A DNA stretch of 64,000 bases from Macrostomum lignano (lineage: Eukaryota). The number at the start of each line of letters is the position of its first letter. The stretch's first letter is position 1. The stretch lies in NCBI GenBank assembly GCA_002269645.1, contig NIVC01002606.1:1-64000 (forward strand). Direction: 5' to 3'. Below, piece by piece: positions 31,738 to 43,711 of the stretch. The notes beneath the pieces were generated by a model. It saw only the letters and a program-made list of their open reading frames with translations. It did not search any database and had not been told where the DNA came from. The position numbers were made by a program, and so were the translations under genes.

Positions 31738-34360
31738 CCAATCCCGAGATTCACGGGATCAAGATGTCCGTCCCGACCTGGGCTTTGAAAATCCCGGGAT
31801 TCTCGGGATAGGGATATCCCGGATCCCTAAATCCCGGGATTGAAGAAGTTTATAATATTTGTTTGTGCAATTTCAGTTTACGAAGCCGTCTAATCTGATT
31901 TTAAAGGGCTTTCAATGACAAAAGTAAAACAGAGTATTTTGCAAACAAGAAACTGACAGTGAGCTCTGAATTAGAGTGTGATGTACAGCGTGGCGACTGG
32001 CGTATTAATAGACATGCTTTTTTACATGTCAGTATCAGCTCAGAAAAATCACACTTGTGATGTAACCTGGGGAATGATAGCTTTACAGAGCTATGGCCCG
32101 TGGTACTGACACCTAGGTAGAAGGGGATCAGGCATCACCCTCCCAGGGGCACCCGCTCTAGTCTCTAGATGGAGAATTGGTAGCTTGTGTTGTGGTCCGA
32201 CAGCAAGGTCCCACTTAGGGATTAGGCCCAAATCCCGGGATTTCGATTATGCCTGAATCAGACTTGTCCGGGATTCGAAAATCCCGGGATTGACCATCGG
32301 GATCCCGATCCCGGTTTGCAATAATTCAATCATTCATTCTCGAGTAGTAGTCAGTGTTCGGCGCAGGGGTATGCAATTTTCGCGCCTTGTGTAAATTTTC
32401 GCGCCTATGAGTTCTCTACTATAAAACCTAGCGTAGGTGCAGTGGCGGAACCAGGAGCTTAACTTGACAAGTCCGCGCGCCAAATGACATTTTGATAAAC
32501 GTTTTTAATGACCTTTTTAGGGGTTCGTGCGCCCACAAAAAACAGCTTTTCTGAGGTGAATGGGGGCTCCAGCCAGCAAAGCCCCCTCCCCTGCATTCGC
32601 TACTGCCTAGGTGTATATCCAATATATGTACTTTCAACAAAATAATTGAATTCGCAAACATCAACGCAAATTTGGCTGCAATTCGCTTGCAGATCATGAC
32701 TAAGAAACTAAGAAATACCGTTAATACAAAGATTTGGGATCCATCCACTGTATCAGAGAGTGCAACACAGAACTTATAGTCAGGTAGAACCAGGCAGCAA
32801 AACATATTGTGTGTATAGGCAAAAGAGAAATTGTACTTCCAAATTCGCGCCCCTGATGGACAAGGAAATTCGCGCCATGTCTTTAGAATTCGCGCCTGAC
32901 TCCGAAGACTGGTAGTAGTATCTGCAGCTGAGCTGCTGTCAGGTGAAAATCATAACCCAGTTGGCCTGCTTTGATTTCTTAATCTTTTAAACATGCAGGC
33001 GGGCTGCAGGGATAAAAAGCTGAAGCTATTGGCATATTGAAGGAGATTTCCAGTGTAATAATGTATATATGCAACTGTGTGAATGGTACTCGCAGACTAA
33101 TGTAATTATTGTTATTCTAAAACCTGTGCACAGAGCCTAAAGCGATAGAAGCCAATTCCTCATTGTTTCCGGCACATGCAGCGCTATAGCTTGCCAGACG
33201 GGAGTCAAATCATTGTTCATCTGAACTCCCCCTCTATCCCAAACCCAGCTAAAATCAGGGGGTCTCGACCTTGCGCAGATCAGAAGCCCCCCCTCCATGC
33301 GAAAGACCTCATTCTCAGCACTGTCAGGACACCTTTTAGATGACCAGCATAGGAGTGGTGGCAGAACTACATCCATGTACTTTAAGCAGTCCCTACCTTC
33401 AAAACTCCTTTGGCCGTAGTTGGGATTAGAACAGTAGGACCTTGCTATTGGACCACAACCCAAGCTACGGCAGGTTGCCTCTGGGAGGGTGAGGTCTGGT
33501 CCCCTTCTACATCAGTACCTCGGGCCATAGCTCTGTAAGCTGTCATTTCCCAGGTTACATCACAATCAAGTGTGATTTTCCTGAGCTAATACTGGCATGT
33601 AAAAAAGCACGTATTTGCCAGTCTGTACATCACACTCCAATTCAGAGCTCACTGTCAGTTTCTTGTTAGGCCTAGCAAAATATTTTGTTCTACTCTATTT
33701 TATTATTGAAAGCCCTTTAAAATCAGATTGATGGCTTTGTAAACCAAAATTGCATTAACAATGATTAGAAACTTTTTTAATCCTGGGATCCCAGGATCCC
33801 AGCCCAATTTGTTGGGATCCCAGGATTGGCAAAGTCTGGGACATCCTGATCCCAAGAATCCCAGGATTTTTAAAGTCAAGGATATCTTGATCCCAAGAAT
33901 CCTGGGATTTTCAAAGTCTGCGATATCCCAATTCTGAGAATCCCAGGATAGGCAAAACTTGGGATTTTTGTATTACCTAGTCCTACTGTTCTAATCCCAA
34001 CTATGGACAAGGAGTTTTGAAGGTAGGGACTGCTTAAAGTAGTTCTACAATCTACATTCTACAATTTACAGCTTCTGTTTTTTATCCCTGCAGCCCTGTA
34101 GCCGTCTACTCACTAGCCTGCATACTTGAAAGATTAAGAAATCAAAGCAGGACAACTGGGTTATGATTTTCACCTGACAGTAGCTCAGCTGCAGATACTA
34201 CTACTTAGAATAAATGATAGAATCTTTGCAAAGCAGGATTGGCATCCCAAGATTCCCAACCCAATGGTCAATCCTGGGGTTTTTAAATCCCAGACAAGTG
34301 TGATCCTGGGATTTAGGCCTAATCCTAAGATTATGGGATCCTAGGATTCCAGTATTATAT
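31738..34360. mobile_element. Cluster of diverged, inverted copies of a non-autonomous repeat with GGGAT/ATCCC-rich ends
   Basis: About 31900-32230 is the reverse complement of ~33420-33730, and ~32920-33030 of ~34070-34200; arrays of CCCGGGAT/CCCAGGAT flank the copies. Family not identified. Confidence 0.55.
32352..32911. mobile_element. hAT-type MITE (560 bp) with 8-bp TSD
   Basis: Ends CAGTGTTCGG ... CCGAAGACTG; flanked by GTAGTAGT at 32344-32351 and 32912-32919; an empty-site-like copy exists at ~34180-34215 (reverse strand). Confidence 0.8.
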
Positions 34361-36694
34361 TCCCTATTTTCACTGGATGTTTGCTTACCACATATAGAAT
34401 ATGAGAAGCCGATAAGACTGGTTCTGGGAAAGAAAAATAAAGAAACTTTACATAACAATTTTGCAATAAAGAAATAACTAGCCATAGCCTAGTAAAGAAA
34501 AAAACAAAAATCATAAAATGAATTTTAGCTAAAACAAGCAAGTGATACTATTGCTACATTCAAACTTGTATAAATTGTCATTGAAAAATGCTGCAAATTT
34601 GATGGCTTAATCAATGGCAGAATGAGGGAAAAGCAAAGAGCATGGTGCAAAGTGCAATAGGGACGTCAATCTTAGGATCCTGGAAAAAACACAATTTTAA
34701 AGCAAATTTTGGGATTATAGAATCCTAAAAGGATCAGAATTAGAAATATCTAGGATTTTACTTTTCAAGTAAAAAGGCAATATAAAAACAAGGAGTGCAA
34801 AATATGATTGTAGTATATGAAGAAAAGGAAATAAAAAGCTTAGAGAAAGGTTATTTGGCATAAAATATAAGATTTCTAAAAAATGTTTACCTAGGCCTTA
34901 ATAAAGAAATATAAATAACTTATAGCTAAAAAAATAACTTAATGTAGAACTCAAGTAGTTCAATATAAAAATATTCAAATTTTGAAGAAATTGTTACTAT
35001 CTATAATTTCAGAGCTAAATCCTGAGAACAGTGATAAAAGATATACTAAGAGTAGTGTTATGACACTCTAATCTCAGTAATACCCAAATTGGAAACTAGT
35101 TTTAAATGTAAGACTGCTTAGACCATAACATATTAGATTACTACTATAATATATTAAACACTACCCAAAATGTGCTATAATTTAAACTATATTAAAAAAG
35201 TCCCATTAAAACTTTAGTGACAAATGTGGAATTGTAAAGACAAGACAAAACCCCTAGTACAAAAATATATAACATATTATGCATTATAACTAGAGCATAG
35301 TATTATTACTGGAAAAACCTGGAAAAAATACAGAACAAAATAAATATGGTTGAGCACAAAAAGATACCTATCTTATTAAATTGTTGGATATATATTTGAA
35401 TTAGACTAACAAAAAATCTAAATTTGAACATCTACCAATACTGCAATAATATATACTGATCAGTGGCAGATCTAGAATTTCATTTTATTGTATGAAAGTA
35501 TAAAAATTATATAAAAACTATATACAATACTGCAGCTAGAAATTTGTTGAGGGGGAGGGCAGATTCTGGAGGGTAAAGACCTAGGAAAGGGGGCAGAAGG
35601 GTGGCTCTGCTTTTGGCAAAAATTCACTTGGTTCCCCCTTTGATTTTTTCTGGTCTCCACCTAAGCCTAAGGGGAGGGGGGCAATTGCCCCCCTGCCCTC
35701 CCCCATAGTCCGGATCATGGCCTGTATGCCAAATTAATTTGGCGTACAGTCACCCCTTGCTAACCCTATTGGTGTACATAGGCGTACAACCAAAAAATTG
35801 GGCCCTACCTATTGGCCTAAGTGGCATACACACTGTTGCTGTTGCAACTTGCAATGTAATATACATAAACATTGGTATTTTTTAGGAATTTGCACGATAA
35901 TGTAAAAAATGGAATTTATGTTAGAAATACATTCACTTTAACAAAATATATTCCCATCTATTGTTCTATTGAATAATTTTAATATTCGAATAATTGAATC
36001 ATTAAATAGTTTTGAAGTAGGAAATTTGTATCTGTAAAAGTGGCGTACAGTTAGGGAAGGCAGAAAAAATTCGGCATACATTGGCGTACAAACTGTGGAT
36101 CCATCAAGTTTTTGTTTGGCATACACCCTGCCATGATCTAGACTATGGGCCCTTCCCTAGTTGCGCCACTATACCACCACATTATATACTGAAATTTTCT
36201 ACTGGGGCACTGGGCTATTGCTATGCTATGTATGCACCATGTATGCCAATTTGCAAATACATATTTTTGTTTATATGCATAAAAATTATCAGTCAAAATA
36301 AATTTTTTCTTAAAGTTAAATTTGACATAGAAAAAAAGCCATATTTAGGAAAGTGATAACCTATATACTAGAATAGGTATATTGACTAGCATACAAAAAT
36401 TGTTGGCATATTACTGCATATGTTGGCATATATATCATTCTATTCTACATAGAGTAGAATCTAGAATGTAGAATAATATATATTCTCTGGCACTGGCACA
36501 TGTTTCTAAAGATTATTTTTTAAAAATGTATTTACTTTTCTAACCATTCAATTATGCTCTTTGCTACTTAAATATATAATCATTAACAGCTTTTGTTATA
36601 ATCCTGTCATTCAAAACATGTTGCTCTAATCAGTTAATTGCATACAAAAAAGCTGTAGCCAGCTGCATTGGCTGTTTACCATAGTTCGAAAAAG

Positions 36695-36898
36695 GGTCAC
36701 TCTAATTTGAGGGGGGACGAAGGGACGAGGGGACGAGATAAATTATTTGCATTAGCGCATTTCTGATTATCTATTATGGTTATTTTAACCAATCAGCAAG
36801 AATGTGCGTTGGAAAGGAAAACGTTGTTAAAATTAAGCATCTTTTTTTATTGACGTACGTCTGGACAGCTCGGGCCCACCCCTCAAATTAGAGTGACC
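36695..36898. mobile_element. Short MITE-like element
   Basis: Inverted termini GGTCACTCTAATTTGAGGG ... CCCTCAAATTAGAGTGACC; no clear TSD. Confidence 0.5.
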
Positions 36899-38428
36899 AT
36901 TTGAAAAACGCGTTTTCGAAAATAATAGATAAATAATTAGTTTTTGAAATGCTAAAAGAACAATAGATTTCATCTATTAAGCAAATTTATTTATCATATT
37001 TTACGTTTTTTAGTTCTATATGATATTGGTGCTTTAACTTTGTTTTACAATAAATACGTAATATAGTAGAAAACAGTTAACAGGATATGCTTTATGCAGT
37101 TCCAGGCGTTCATTTATGAATGAATATTCACATTTTAGAAAGCTTAGCTAAAAGCAAGAAAATTTAATGTGATGCAAATAAAATCTAGAAGAGAAAATTA
37201 GCACGTTAAAACAGAAATAAGTAACAATTCTTTAATTGCGTTCCGTGTCCAGAATTAATCGCTTCAAAATGAGTAGTAGACTTTGAGATAAAATTAATTG
37301 ATCTCAGTATTACTGAATAGGTTTTATCTGCTGCCGGCTGCATAGGAAACACCCTATAAAGCTGACTCGATCATCGATCTCGGATTGCGGCTGAGTCTCC
37401 ACTCTCCGCTTCTATTGCATTAGCAACTCGTTTGGAGCTCTCTGTCTTCTGAAGTCAAATAAAGGCTTCCATCAATTTTAAATAGTTGAACACGATAACT
37501 TTGATATTATCTAGAATTCTTAAGTTGAGCCTAAACGATAGGTTCTGAGGGAGGGGGGGTGCCGCTCGGAGTTGAGGCTGTGGTCTATTTTTATTTAGAA
37601 TCTGTTTGTTCGCATGGTTTCATGTATAGCAACGGCAGGTTTTATAGGCAATGGAAATGGGGGACGTACATGTATTTCCCTAACTTTAGAACTATACTGT
37701 TTCTATGGGGTGGAGAGAAACCCTAGTTAAAGCTTGTTAGTTTGCATTGGAACAGTTGGGGGGGAGGTCAATCCATCGCTCTCTGTACGCATCAGCCCTT
37801 TTTGTGAAATTCTAGCATTCTGGCATCACTCTCTAAGCTACCTTTCTCCTGGTGGATTTATAAACACTAAAGACGTAACCCGTATTATTATCAGAAGGGC
37901 GGTGTCAGTGGGAGGAGCCAAGCCATGAGCTCAGGATTTATAGAGAAGTGAATATCAGGAATCATTTTTATTAAAGTGGATGTGAATGGTCGGTATTTAA
38001 CGTACATGTAGGGATGATAGATGTAGAACTCGGCATTGTTTTCCAGCCGTTGGCAGGCTGTGAAGAAGCAAACAATTTCCAGATCATCTATCCAAAAATA
38101 ATGATTCAAAGAGTTTCGCTTCGCCGCACCATTTCTTGAGCTTTAGAAACTTTAGGTTATCGGAAACTTTAGCTACACTCGTAATTCAATGCCAGCTCCT
38201 CAAGACTGGAGCCAGTCGCAGACAAAGACATTTTTTATTTGACTCGTCTACTCTGTACCAAATCTAAGCAGTTGAATTAAATGGGTTAATGATTCCTGGA
38301 GTTTAACTTCAATTTGTGTGATCTCAACTCTACTGTAAAAAATTGAGCAAAATATTATTACACTCAAATTAATAAAAGCTAAAGTTTTTACTTGAAATGC
38401 AGACAGAATGAAGGGGCACCATAAAGAG

Positions 38429-40717
38429 TCAGTCCAGAGAGAGTCTGTAGGCCTGCAGCAGCACCCGCAGCTGGCTCATGCCTTCGTTCTCCCGTAGCAG
38501 CTGCAGTTCTAGCTCGTTAAGCTCGCCCGGCGGCCGCAGCGGCTGACAGCCAGTCAGGAAGTGATGCGGGGGCGTGAAGCTGGGCTGCACAACCCCATTG
38601 AGCTTCACGCCGGACACCATGTCCGGGCCGGAAAGCATGGGGTGGGCGGCGCCGTTTCCGGGGAAGTCGGCCACGGCAATGAACAGGCAGTCCAAGCAGC
38701 GGCCCGCCGGGCCCTCCTTCAGGTCCTCTGGGGTGCTGAAGGACAGGACGCGGCGCAGGCCGGCGCTGGGGCTGACAACGAAGGGCGGGGACACGGAGCA
38801 GGTCAGCAGGGCCCCGGGCAGGCAGTTTCTGACCACGGATTCGATCTCGTTCAGCAGCAGGCCCTGCAGCTCGTGGGCCCACAGTCGGGCTGTCTTCGTG
38901 GCCTCCTCGGGGAGGTCGGCAATCCGGCCGGGCCAGAGCTCGGCGAACTCGGCCCCGCGCCACAGCAGGTAGCGCATAGTGGGGAACTGCCCCAGGCGCG
39001 CCGATCGCAGCAGCGCCGTGTCGCCCCGGTGGTCCCGCAGCTCCAGGCTGGCCCGGGCCTGCAGCAGAAGCTCGCAGGCGATCTGCAGGCCGAGGCCGGC
39101 AGCTGTCATGAGGGCCGTCCGGCCCGTGCGGCGCTCCGGCAGGTCGGGGTCGGCGCCGAACTGCAGCAGCAGCTGCAGGGCCTCCGTAAGGCCGCACTTG
39201 GCTGCGCAGTGCAGCAGCCAGCTGGTGCGGCTCTCCGGAATCTTGTTCAAGCTGGGACAGTCGGGATGCCGCAGCGCCTGGCTCAGCGCCGCCAGCGGCC
39301 GGTCCGGGTTCCGCACCAGCTCCAGCAGCTCCTTTTCGCCCAGCAGGCGTGGCGGGAATTCGGCGTCCCGCTCGGCCAGGAGGGTCCGCATTATGTCCGC
39401 CGGGCTGCCGTGCACCTGCCGCGCCGGTTTCACCAGCTCGGAGGCCAGCGTGGCCTTCAAGGCGTCGGACTCGGACCGGGCCGACTTGGCCGCGGCAGCA
39501 GCGGCATCGGGCTCCGATGCTTGGCCGGCACCGGCCGCAGACTTCGGCTGCGGGATTTCGCGTCCGGCGAAGCTCAGCAGCTTGGTCTGGCGCTTGCGGA
39601 TCACCGCGCCTGAGGGCAGCGACGCCCGGCCGTCGGTAGCTGCCTGAGCCGCCGCTCCGTGCAGCCGGCGAGGATCGCTAGGGCCTGTAGCTGCACTGCC
39701 GCCCGCCTCCTCGCTGATGTCATTGCCATTGTCCAAGTCTTCGTCAGCCTGGTCGGCCAGCTGCTCGGCACCGCCGCCATCGCCATCTGCAGCGTCAATT
39801 TCATCGCCGTCTCTATCCCCGTCTGCTTCGCAGTCGCCGTCGCCTTCCGACGGTGTGTCGCCAGATTCGGCGATGCGCAGCTCCGAGAACGGCGTTTCGT
39901 CGTCTTCGTCATCGTCATCATCAGCGCCGTCGTCAGCATTGTAGGCCGGTGCAGCAATTATAAATGCCTTAGATTGCGGCTGCTGCACCTGCGGCTTTGG
40001 CTGTTGTATTTCTGACTCCCGCTGTTGCACTTCTAAAACCGGTGGTTGTGCTTGCGCCAGGGGCGGTTGCAGTTGCGACTCCGCCTGCTGCACTTGCGCC
40101 TTCGCAGTGGTCGACTCAGCCGCAGCCGACTGGGCCTTCCCGCTTCGCTCTTCCCGGTGCCGTTTGCGATGCTTCCCGCTTCGGCTCCGGCCGCTGCTCC
40201 TGCGCCGCACAGCCGACGAGCTGTCGTCGGAGATTTCGCCTTCTTCGAATTCTGCGCCGTCCTCTCGTGTGCCGGCGGCCGCAGCGGCCTCGTCTGTCTT
40301 CTTCTTTTTATGCTTCTTCTTTTTCGAAGAAGTTTTCGAAGAGGACTTTCGCGGCTTAACCTCTCCGTCTTCGTCGCTGCAGTCGCGGTCGGACAGGATG
40401 AACGCCTGTCTGCGGGGAGGCGGCGGCTGCTGCCTTGGAAGCCGCTTCGCCGCCTTGCTGGTCGTAGTGGAGCTAGCGGGCTCGGCCGTGGCCGCCTTGT
40501 TGGAGCTTCGCTGTAGGAAGGCGCGCACGGCCTCCTGCGCGTTGGCCAGGCTGGCCTCCTCCAGCCACTGGCAGCTGTCCGCGCCCCAGTCGCCCGCCCA
40601 CTTCACCAGGTACTCGATAGCGCCCGTGCTCGAGTTTCTGCGCCGGTCGAGCACGCGCTCGATCTCAAACTCCTCGCCGCTGCTGTCGGACAGCGAGCCC
40701 TCCTCGTTCGAGTCCAC
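38429..40717 (-). CDS. MPHOSPH8: MPP8-like chromodomain-ankyrin protein, paralog 1 (large exon; 5' exon not located)
   Basis: Chromodomain FEIERVLDRR..EYLVKW...W; acidic/basic linker; ankyrin repeats (LLHCAA, GRTALMTAA, GDTALLRSA); C-terminus LSGPDMVSGVKLNG...VLLQAYRLSL matches the MPP8 C-terminal domain (LCGPCSVQAVVLN...LLIGAYRVQL, recalled). The ORF opens at CAG/GTG, i.e. a splice acceptor. Confidence 0.8.
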   Translation of the reverse strand: MDSNEEGSLSDSSGEEFEIERVLDRRRNSSTGAIEYLVKWAGDWGADSCQWLEEASLANAQEAVRAFLQRSSNKAATAEPASSTTTSKAAKRLPRQQPPPPRRQAFILSDRDCSDEDGEVKPRKSSSKTSSKKKKHKKKKTDEAAAAAGTREDGAEFEEGEISDDSSSAVRRRSSGRSRSGKHRKRHREERSGKAQSAAAESTTAKAQVQQAESQLQPPLAQAQPPVLEVQQRESEIQQPKPQVQQPQSKAFIIAAPAYNADDGADDDDDEDDETPFSELRIAESGDTPSEGDGDCEADGDRDGDEIDAADGDGGGAEQLADQADEDLDNGNDISEEAGGSAATGPSDPRRLHGAAAQAATDGRASLPSGAVIRKRQTKLLSFAGREIPQPKSAAGAGQASEPDAAAAAAKSARSESDALKATLASELVKPARQVHGSPADIMRTLLAERDAEFPPRLLGEKELLELVRNPDRPLAALSQALRHPDCPSLNKIPESRTSWLLHCAAKCGLTEALQLLLQFGADPDLPERRTGRTALMTAAGLGLQIACELLLQARASLELRDHRGDTALLRSARLGQFPTMRYLLWRGAEFAELWPGRIADLPEEATKTARLWAHELQGLLLNEIESVVRNCLPGALLTCSVSPPFVVSPSAGLRRVLSFSTPEDLKEGPAGRCLDCLFIAVADFPGNGAAHPMLSGPDMVSGVKLNGVVQPSFTPPHHFLTGCQPLRPPGELNELELQLLRENEGMSQLRVLLQAYRLSLD

Positions 40718-40807
40718 CTGAAGGGTTCCGGTCGTTGAATTTGAGCAGCCGGATATTACAGCTCGCTTGGATATTCTAAGCGTAACCCGTACTTTGTGGA
40801 GCGCTGT

Positions 40808-41540
40808 CTGGGATCTGATGTGTACCAGCAGGGATCTGATGTGTGCCGGCTGGGATCTGATGTGTGCCAGCTGGGATCTGATTTGTGCCAGCTGGGATCT
40901 GATGTGTGCCAGCTGGGATCTGATGTGTGCCAGCTGGGATTTAATGTGTGCCAGCTGGGATCTAATGTGTGCCAGCTGGGATCTAATGTGTGCCAGCTGG
41001 GATCTGATGTGTGCCAGCTGGGATCTAATGCGTGCCAGCTGGGATCTAATGTGTGCCAGCTGGGATCTGATCTGTGCCAGCTGGGATCTGATTTGTGCCA
41101 GCTGGGATCTGATTTGTGCCAGCTGGGATCTGATTTGTGCCAGCTGGGATCTGATTTGTGCTAGCTGGGATCTGATTTGTGCTAGCTGGGATCTGATTTG
41201 TTTGTGCTAGCTGGGATCTAATGTTTGCCAGCTGGGATCTAATGTGTGCTAGCTGGGATCTGATTTCTGCCAGCTGGCATCTGATGTGCGCTAGCTGGGA
41301 TCTAATGTGCATTAGCTGGGATCTGATGTGTGCTAACTGGGAATCCTGGGATCTGATGTGTGCTAACTGGGAATCCTGGGATTTAATGTGTGCTAGCTGG
41401 GATCTGATTTGTGCCAGCTAGCATATGATGTGCGCTAGCTGGGATCTAATGTGCATTAGCTGGGATCTGATGTGTGCTAACTGGGAATCCTGGGATCTGA
41501 TGTGTGCTAGCTGGGATCTGATTTGTGCCAGCTGGGATCT
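40808..41540. repeat. 21-bp minisatellite (GCCAGCTGGGATCTGATGTGT)n
   Basis: About 34 copies upstream of the MPP8-1 acceptor. Confidence 0.92.
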
Positions 41541-42136
41541 GAGGATGTTAGGCATATGAAGATGCCAGTTGGGACAGGAACAAGAACTACGGTTCTAGCC
41601 TAATGGTCCAAGGTTTGCCTTCACTGTTTAAATGAGTAACTACTGGAGCGCGAGTTGCACCTGCAGAGCCAGTGGGACAGGTCGCTACTAGCAGCAGAAG
41701 CATCTATCCAAGTTTATTGTTGCAAGCCTTTTACAAGTGCGATTGGATAGTAAGCAATGGCCCAAAACCATCAAGACAACATTTGGAACTAACAGTAATC
41801 AGAGTAACCAGTAACCAGGAACGCTGCATACCAAATAAGGTAAGTACGCTCGCACAGAGGGCACACAAAAGTCAAACTGCTTCGAGTAAAACACAAACTA
41901 GAAACAGAAAAAGAAAACTGTAAGACTGGCTCGAGTTAAAACACGCGGGTGAATAAATTTGGGGCTCCAGGGGGTTCAAATAGCATTAAATGTGCAGGGC
42001 CCAGTTGATAATTTTTTCTAAAAAGCCGCAGGTAGAGGCCAATGTTTATTCAAAACGTTCGTGACTTGATGCGAGATCAATTCCAAAAATCTTCCAGAGT
42101 CCGGTGGCGGAGGCCCCCTTCCGGGCCGCGGGCAGC

Positions 42137-43711
42137 TCAGGCGGCACCGGCGTCGGGTCCGCGCGGCTGGGTGCAGGCGGCCGGCAGCAGCACCAGGCGG
42201 AGCCGGCAGCGGGCCGGACACTCCGGCCGCATGACCAGGTGCACCCGGTTGATCTGGCCGGGAGGCGCGCCGACTTCGTCAATTCTGTAGACGTAGAGGC
42301 AGTCCTTGCTGGGCTCGGGCTCGAGCTCGCGACCGTTCAGCTCCAGGCGGGCGAGCAGCTGGCAGCCGGCCACCCGGCGGAGCCGGACGCCGCCGCGGCC
42401 GTTGAGCTCCATGAGGCCGGCCAGCAGCAGGCGGGTGTCCGTTTCTGCCAGGCCTTCTGGGCTGACGAATTCAAAGGCGCACCTGGCGCCGGGCGCCACG
42501 CCGAACAGATGCGGCGGCTGGACGCTGACAAAGCTGGACGGCCGGCCGGTGACGCGGCGCAGCGCGCTGAGCAGCGGCTCGGCCAGGCGGTCCGTCCAGC
42601 TGGCCAGCTGGGAGGCGGTCACCCGCCTAAGCAGCTGGTCGAACTCGGCACCGTGGAACAGCAGCCCGGCCGCGACATCCCAGTGGTTGGAGCGGGCGGC
42701 CAGCAGCAGGGCGGAGGCGGTCTGGTCTCCGCCGGTGTCCGGCCGCGCGCCGAAATGCAGCAGATGGTGCACGGCGGTGGCATCGCCAGCCTGTGCGGCC
42801 AGCATCAGCGGGGTGATGCCGCTGGCTTCGGCTGCGTCGGCCTCGGCGCCAGCAGCCAGCAGGGCCAGCAGGAGGTCGGCGGAGCGCCGGTCCGCCCGAG
42901 CGGCTGAGTGCAGCAGGCGGCCGGAGCCGGCAAACTTGCTGTTCAGCGTGGCGGCGCTGGCCAAGCTGGCGGCGGCGAACAGGGTGGCCGGGTCGCCGGC
43001 GGCCAGAAGGCGCTGGAGGTTGCTCAAACTCGGTGCCGACGCCGATTTGGCGGCGAGTTTAGCCGAGGCGGCGGCAACGGCGTCGCTGCAGCAAAGCTGG
43101 CGAAGTGCGCCGGCACTGGAACTGACGGGCGACGGGCGGCTGAGCGCCTGCGCCAAGCTGTCGGACCTCTGGAAATCCGGCAGGACCGGCTGCTGCTGGC
43201 CTTTGCGGGTGGCAACCAGGCCGCTGGGCCCGGGGGCGCGGCTCCTGCCAGGGTCGGTGCGCTGCAGTAGGCTGGCGCCAGTTATTTCTTTTGTGCTGCT
43301 GTGCAGCTTCTCCTTGCGCTTCCTGGCGGTGCACATTTTCTCTATGCGGGCCCGCCGGCTGCCGGGCGGGTGGCGCGGCTGCTGCTCGTACTCGGGCGTT
43401 TTGTCAGCTGAGCTGGCCGAGGTGTGGCGCCGCTTGGCCAGCTGGTCTTCCGTCAGGCTTTGGTGCGAGCGCTTGCGGGCGAGGGCCGAGGCGGCCTCAT
43501 CAGCTCCGAGCACCCGGCTGTGCCGGTTGGTCCGCTTGAACTGCTCCAGCAGCTGGCGGTTCTGCGGGCAGTGGGTGATGATGTCGGCTTCGGTGGCCCA
43601 GACGTAGCTGGCGGAGGCGGCGCAGCTCTTGAATTTAGCCTGGTATTCAGTCTGGCCGCGGTGTCCGGCGCGAGAGCCAATGATTTTTTCCAGAATTCGT
43701 GATGACAGCAT
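42137..43711 (-). CDS. MPP8-like paralog 2 (degenerate chromodomain + ankyrin repeats + C-terminal domain), ~524 aa
   Basis: LEKIIGSR..G.TEYQAKF...W chromo-like N-terminus; ankyrins GITPLMLAAQAG, TASALLLAA; C-terminal LARLELNG...NRVHL...LRLVLLPA parallels paralog 1. Confidence 0.7.
   Translation of the reverse strand: MLSSRILEKIIGSRAGHRGQTEYQAKFKSCAASASYVWATEADIITHCPQNRQLLEQFKRTNRHSRVLGADEAASALARKRSHQSLTEDQLAKRRHTSASSADKTPEYEQQPRHPPGSRRARIEKMCTARKRKEKLHSSTKEITGASLLQRTDPGRSRAPGPSGLVATRKGQQQPVLPDFQRSDSLAQALSRPSPVSSSAGALRQLCCSDAVAAASAKLAAKSASAPSLSNLQRLLAAGDPATLFAAASLASAATLNSKFAGSGRLLHSAARADRRSADLLLALLAAGAEADAAEASGITPLMLAAQAGDATAVHHLLHFGARPDTGGDQTASALLLAARSNHWDVAAGLLFHGAEFDQLLRRVTASQLASWTDRLAEPLLSALRRVTGRPSSFVSVQPPHLFGVAPGARCAFEFVSPEGLAETDTRLLLAGLMELNGRGGVRLRRVAGCQLLARLELNGRELEPEPSKDCLYVYRIDEVGAPPGQINRVHLVMRPECPARCRLRLVLLPAACTQPRGPDAGAA

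Noticed and set aside
34560-35450. AT-rich stretch with BED-finger-like AWCKV and possible transposase remnants
   Set aside because: Too degenerate, with multiple stops; family cannot be assigned.
38517-43702. Numerous antisense and alternate-frame ORFs over the MPP8-like genes (also over Syk)
   Set aside because: Shadow ORFs of GC-rich coding sequence.
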